Assembly (NCBI RefSeq): GCF_061231955.1
Contig: NZ_CM195708.1
Strand: one strand, 5' to 3'
DNA length: 32,000 nucleotides
Of the stretch, positions 30,034 through 32,000 are shown piece after piece; position 1 is the first letter of the stretch, and every line of letters starts with the position of its first letter. Made by a program: the position numbers and the translations under genes. The notes beneath the pieces were generated by a model. That model had not been told where the DNA came from. It was given only the letters and a program-made list of their open reading frames with translations, and made no database searches.

Positions 30034-31491
30034 GTGTCTGAACTGTCTCAATTATCTCCACAGCCGCTGTGGGATATTTTTGCCAAAATCTGTTCTATTC
30101 CTCACCCGTCCTATCATGAAGAGCAACTCGCTGAATACATTGTTGGTTGGGCAAAAGAGAAAGGTTTCCATGTCGAACGCGATCAGGTAGGTAATATCCT
30201 GATTCGTAAACCTGCTACCGCAGGTATGGAAAATCGTAAACCGGTCGTCTTACAGGCCCACCTCGATATGGTGCCGCAGAAAAATAACGACACCGTGCAT
30301 GACTTCACGAAAGATCCTATCCAGCCTTATATTGATGGCGAATGGGTTAAAGCGCGCGGCACCACGCTGGGTGCGGATAACGGCATTGGTATGGCCTCTG
30401 CACTGGCAGTTCTGGCTGACGAAAACGTGGTTCACGGCCCGCTGGAAGTGCTGCTGACCATGACCGAAGAAGCCGGTATGGACGGTGCGTTCGGCTTACA
30501 GAGCAACTGGTTGCAGGCTGATATTCTGATTAACACCGACTCCGAAGAAGAAGGTGAAATCTACATGGGTTGTGCGGGGGGTATCGACTTCACCTCCAAC
30601 CTGCATTTAGATCGTGAAGCGGTTCCAGCTGGTTTTGAAACCTTCAAGTTAACCTTAAAAGGTCTGAAAGGGGGTCACTCCGGCGGGGAAATCCACGTTG
30701 GCCTGGGTAATGCCAACAAACTGCTGGTGCGCTTCCTGGCGGGTCATGCAGAAGAACTGGATCTGCGCCTTATCGATTTCAACGGCGGCACACTGCGTAA
30801 CGCCATCCCGCGTGAAGCCTTTGCGACCATTGCTGTCGCAGCTGATAAAGTCGACGTCCTGAAATCTCTGGTGAATACCTATCAGGAGATCCTGAAAAAC
30901 GAGCTGGCAGAGAAAGAGAAAAATCTGGCCTTGTTGCTGGACTCTGTAGCGAACGATAAAGCTGCCCTGATTGCGAAATCTCGCGATACCTTTATTCGTC
31001 TGCTGAACGCCACCCCGAACGGTGTGATCCGCAACTCAGACGTGGCAAAAGGTGTGGTCGAAACCTCCCTGAACGTCGGTGTGGTGACCATGACTGATAA
31101 TAACGTAGAAATTCACTGTCTGATCCGTTCACTGATCGACAGCGGTAAAGACTACGTCGTGAGCATGCTGGATTCGCTGGGTAAACTGGCTGGCGCGAAA
31201 ACCGAAGCGAAAGGCGCATATCCTGGCTGGCAGCCGGACGCTAATTCTCCGGTGATGCATCTGGTACGTGAAACCTATCAGCGTCTGTTCAACAAAACGC
31301 CGAACATCCAGATTATCCACGCGGGCCTGGAATGTGGTCTGTTCAAAAAACCGTATCCGGAAATGGACATGGTTTCTATCGGGCCAACTATCACCGGTCC
31401 ACACTCTCCGGATGAGCAAGTTCACATCGAAAGCGTAGGTCATTACTGGACACTGCTGACTGAACTGCTGAAAGAAATTCCGGCGAAGTAA
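30034..31491 (+). CDS. pepD: Aminoacyl-histidine dipeptidase (peptidase D), 485 aa
   Basis: M20 peptidase motifs (VLQAHLDMVPQ, TEEAGMDGAFG); synteny. Confidence 0.97.
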   Translation: MSELSQLSPQPLWDIFAKICSIPHPSYHEEQLAEYIVGWAKEKGFHVERDQVGNILIRKPATAGMENRKPVVLQAHLDMVPQKNNDTVHDFTKDPIQPYIDGEWVKARGTTLGADNGIGMASALAVLADENVVHGPLEVLLTMTEEAGMDGAFGLQSNWLQADILINTDSEEEGEIYMGCAGGIDFTSNLHLDREAVPAGFETFKLTLKGLKGGHSGGEIHVGLGNANKLLVRFLAGHAEELDLRLIDFNGGTLRNAIPREAFATIAVAADKVDVLKSLVNTYQEILKNELAEKEKNLALLLDSVANDKAALIAKSRDTFIRLLNATPNGVIRNSDVAKGVVETSLNVGVVTMTDNNVEIHCLIRSLIDSGKDYVVSMLDSLGKLAGAKTEAKGAYPGWQPDANSPVMHLVRETYQRLFNKTPNIQIIHAGLECGLFKKPYPEMDMVSIGPTITGPHSPDEQVHIESVGHYWTLLTELLKEIPAK

Positions 31492-31503
31492 TTATTTGAT
31501 TTG

Positions 31504-31535
31504 CTGCCGGATGGCGTTTAATCGCCTTCCGGCAG
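31504..31535. repeat. REP-like hairpin between convergent pepD and prfH
   Basis: ctgccggatggcg...cgccttccggcag imperfect palindrome. Confidence 0.6.
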
Positions 31536-31547
31536 TTTCATCCTTCA

Positions 31548-32000
31548 TTATCCTTCGATAAAAGCCATCCCTGTAAATGTCCGTCTCGGGTTGCCACGTT
31601 CAATCTGGTGATGGAACATTCGCCGCTGCGATTTCAGCACCGCGCTATTTTCCTGTTGCTGCTGCTCCAGCTTCCAGGCAATCAGCAATCGTGCCAGCCG
31701 CTTGTTAGCATGCTGACTACGCTCTGACTGAACCTTCACGCTAATACCGGATGCCAAATGCGTGGCGCGTACCGCCGAGTCGGTTTTATTGACATGTTGA
31801 CCGCCCGGCCCCGACGAACGCAACGTCTCATAACGGATTGCATCCGATTGTTCCTGCTCATCAGCGGTAAAACGCCCAATGCCCAGAAACCAGTTTTTGC
31901 GCCCATGATGAGGCCGATACGGACTCGGACAAATCCACTGAATAGTGCCACACCAGCTTTCGCTTAATGCCCATGCGTTATCGCCATCCAGAGAAATCAG
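31548..32000 (-). CDS. prfH: PrfH, class-I release-factor-like protein with GGQ motif (partial, N-terminus beyond window)
   Basis: [18 protein letters not shown]; the frame upstream of the track's TTG start stays open to the window edge ([44 protein letters not shown]...). Confidence 0.88.
   Translation of the reverse strand: MISLDGDNAWALSESWCGTIQWICPSPYRPHHGRKNWFLGIGRFTADEQEQSDAIRYETLRSSGPGGQHVNKTDSAVRATHLASGISVKVQSERSQHANKRLARLLIAWKLEQQQQENSAVLKSQRRMFHHQIERGNPRRTFTGMAFIEG

Overview
The window is Escherichia coli chromosome. It runs in the reverse orientation to K-12 MG1655 through ecpC(partial)-ecpD-ecpE, ykgJ, yagU, paoABCD, yagP, [accessory island], thrW, proA, proB, phoE, crl, frsA, gpt, pepD and prfH(partial). 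K-12 carries CP4-6 between yagP and thrW. Here a self-contained ~12.4 kb element sits there, bounded by a 19-bp direct repeat (atggtgccgataataggag at 11157-11175 and at 23579-23597, the latter overlapping the 3' end of the thrW tRNA-Thr gene). From the thrW side it encodes a tyrosine integrase with an ATGA-coupled unknown ORF, an AlpA-like regulator, a small predicted ribbon-helix-helix protein with duplicated palindromic operators, an Icd-like small protein, three small hypotheticals and a P4-alpha-like/DUF927 primase-helicase. These are followed by an iteron cluster (probable replication origin), tandem TGT-N12-ACA activator sites, a sid-like/psu-like/ogr-delta-like late operon and a strong terminator. 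At the attL side lies an AT-rich, overlapping three-gene operon that looks like an ABC-three-component (ABC-3C) conflict/defence system: SMEK-like predicted nuclease protein, small wHTH-like middle component and DUF2326-like SMC/ABC ATPase. The element is therefore best read as a P4-type phage satellite carrying a candidate anti-phage cargo operon. All family assignments are from reading the sequence and from memory; no searches were run.
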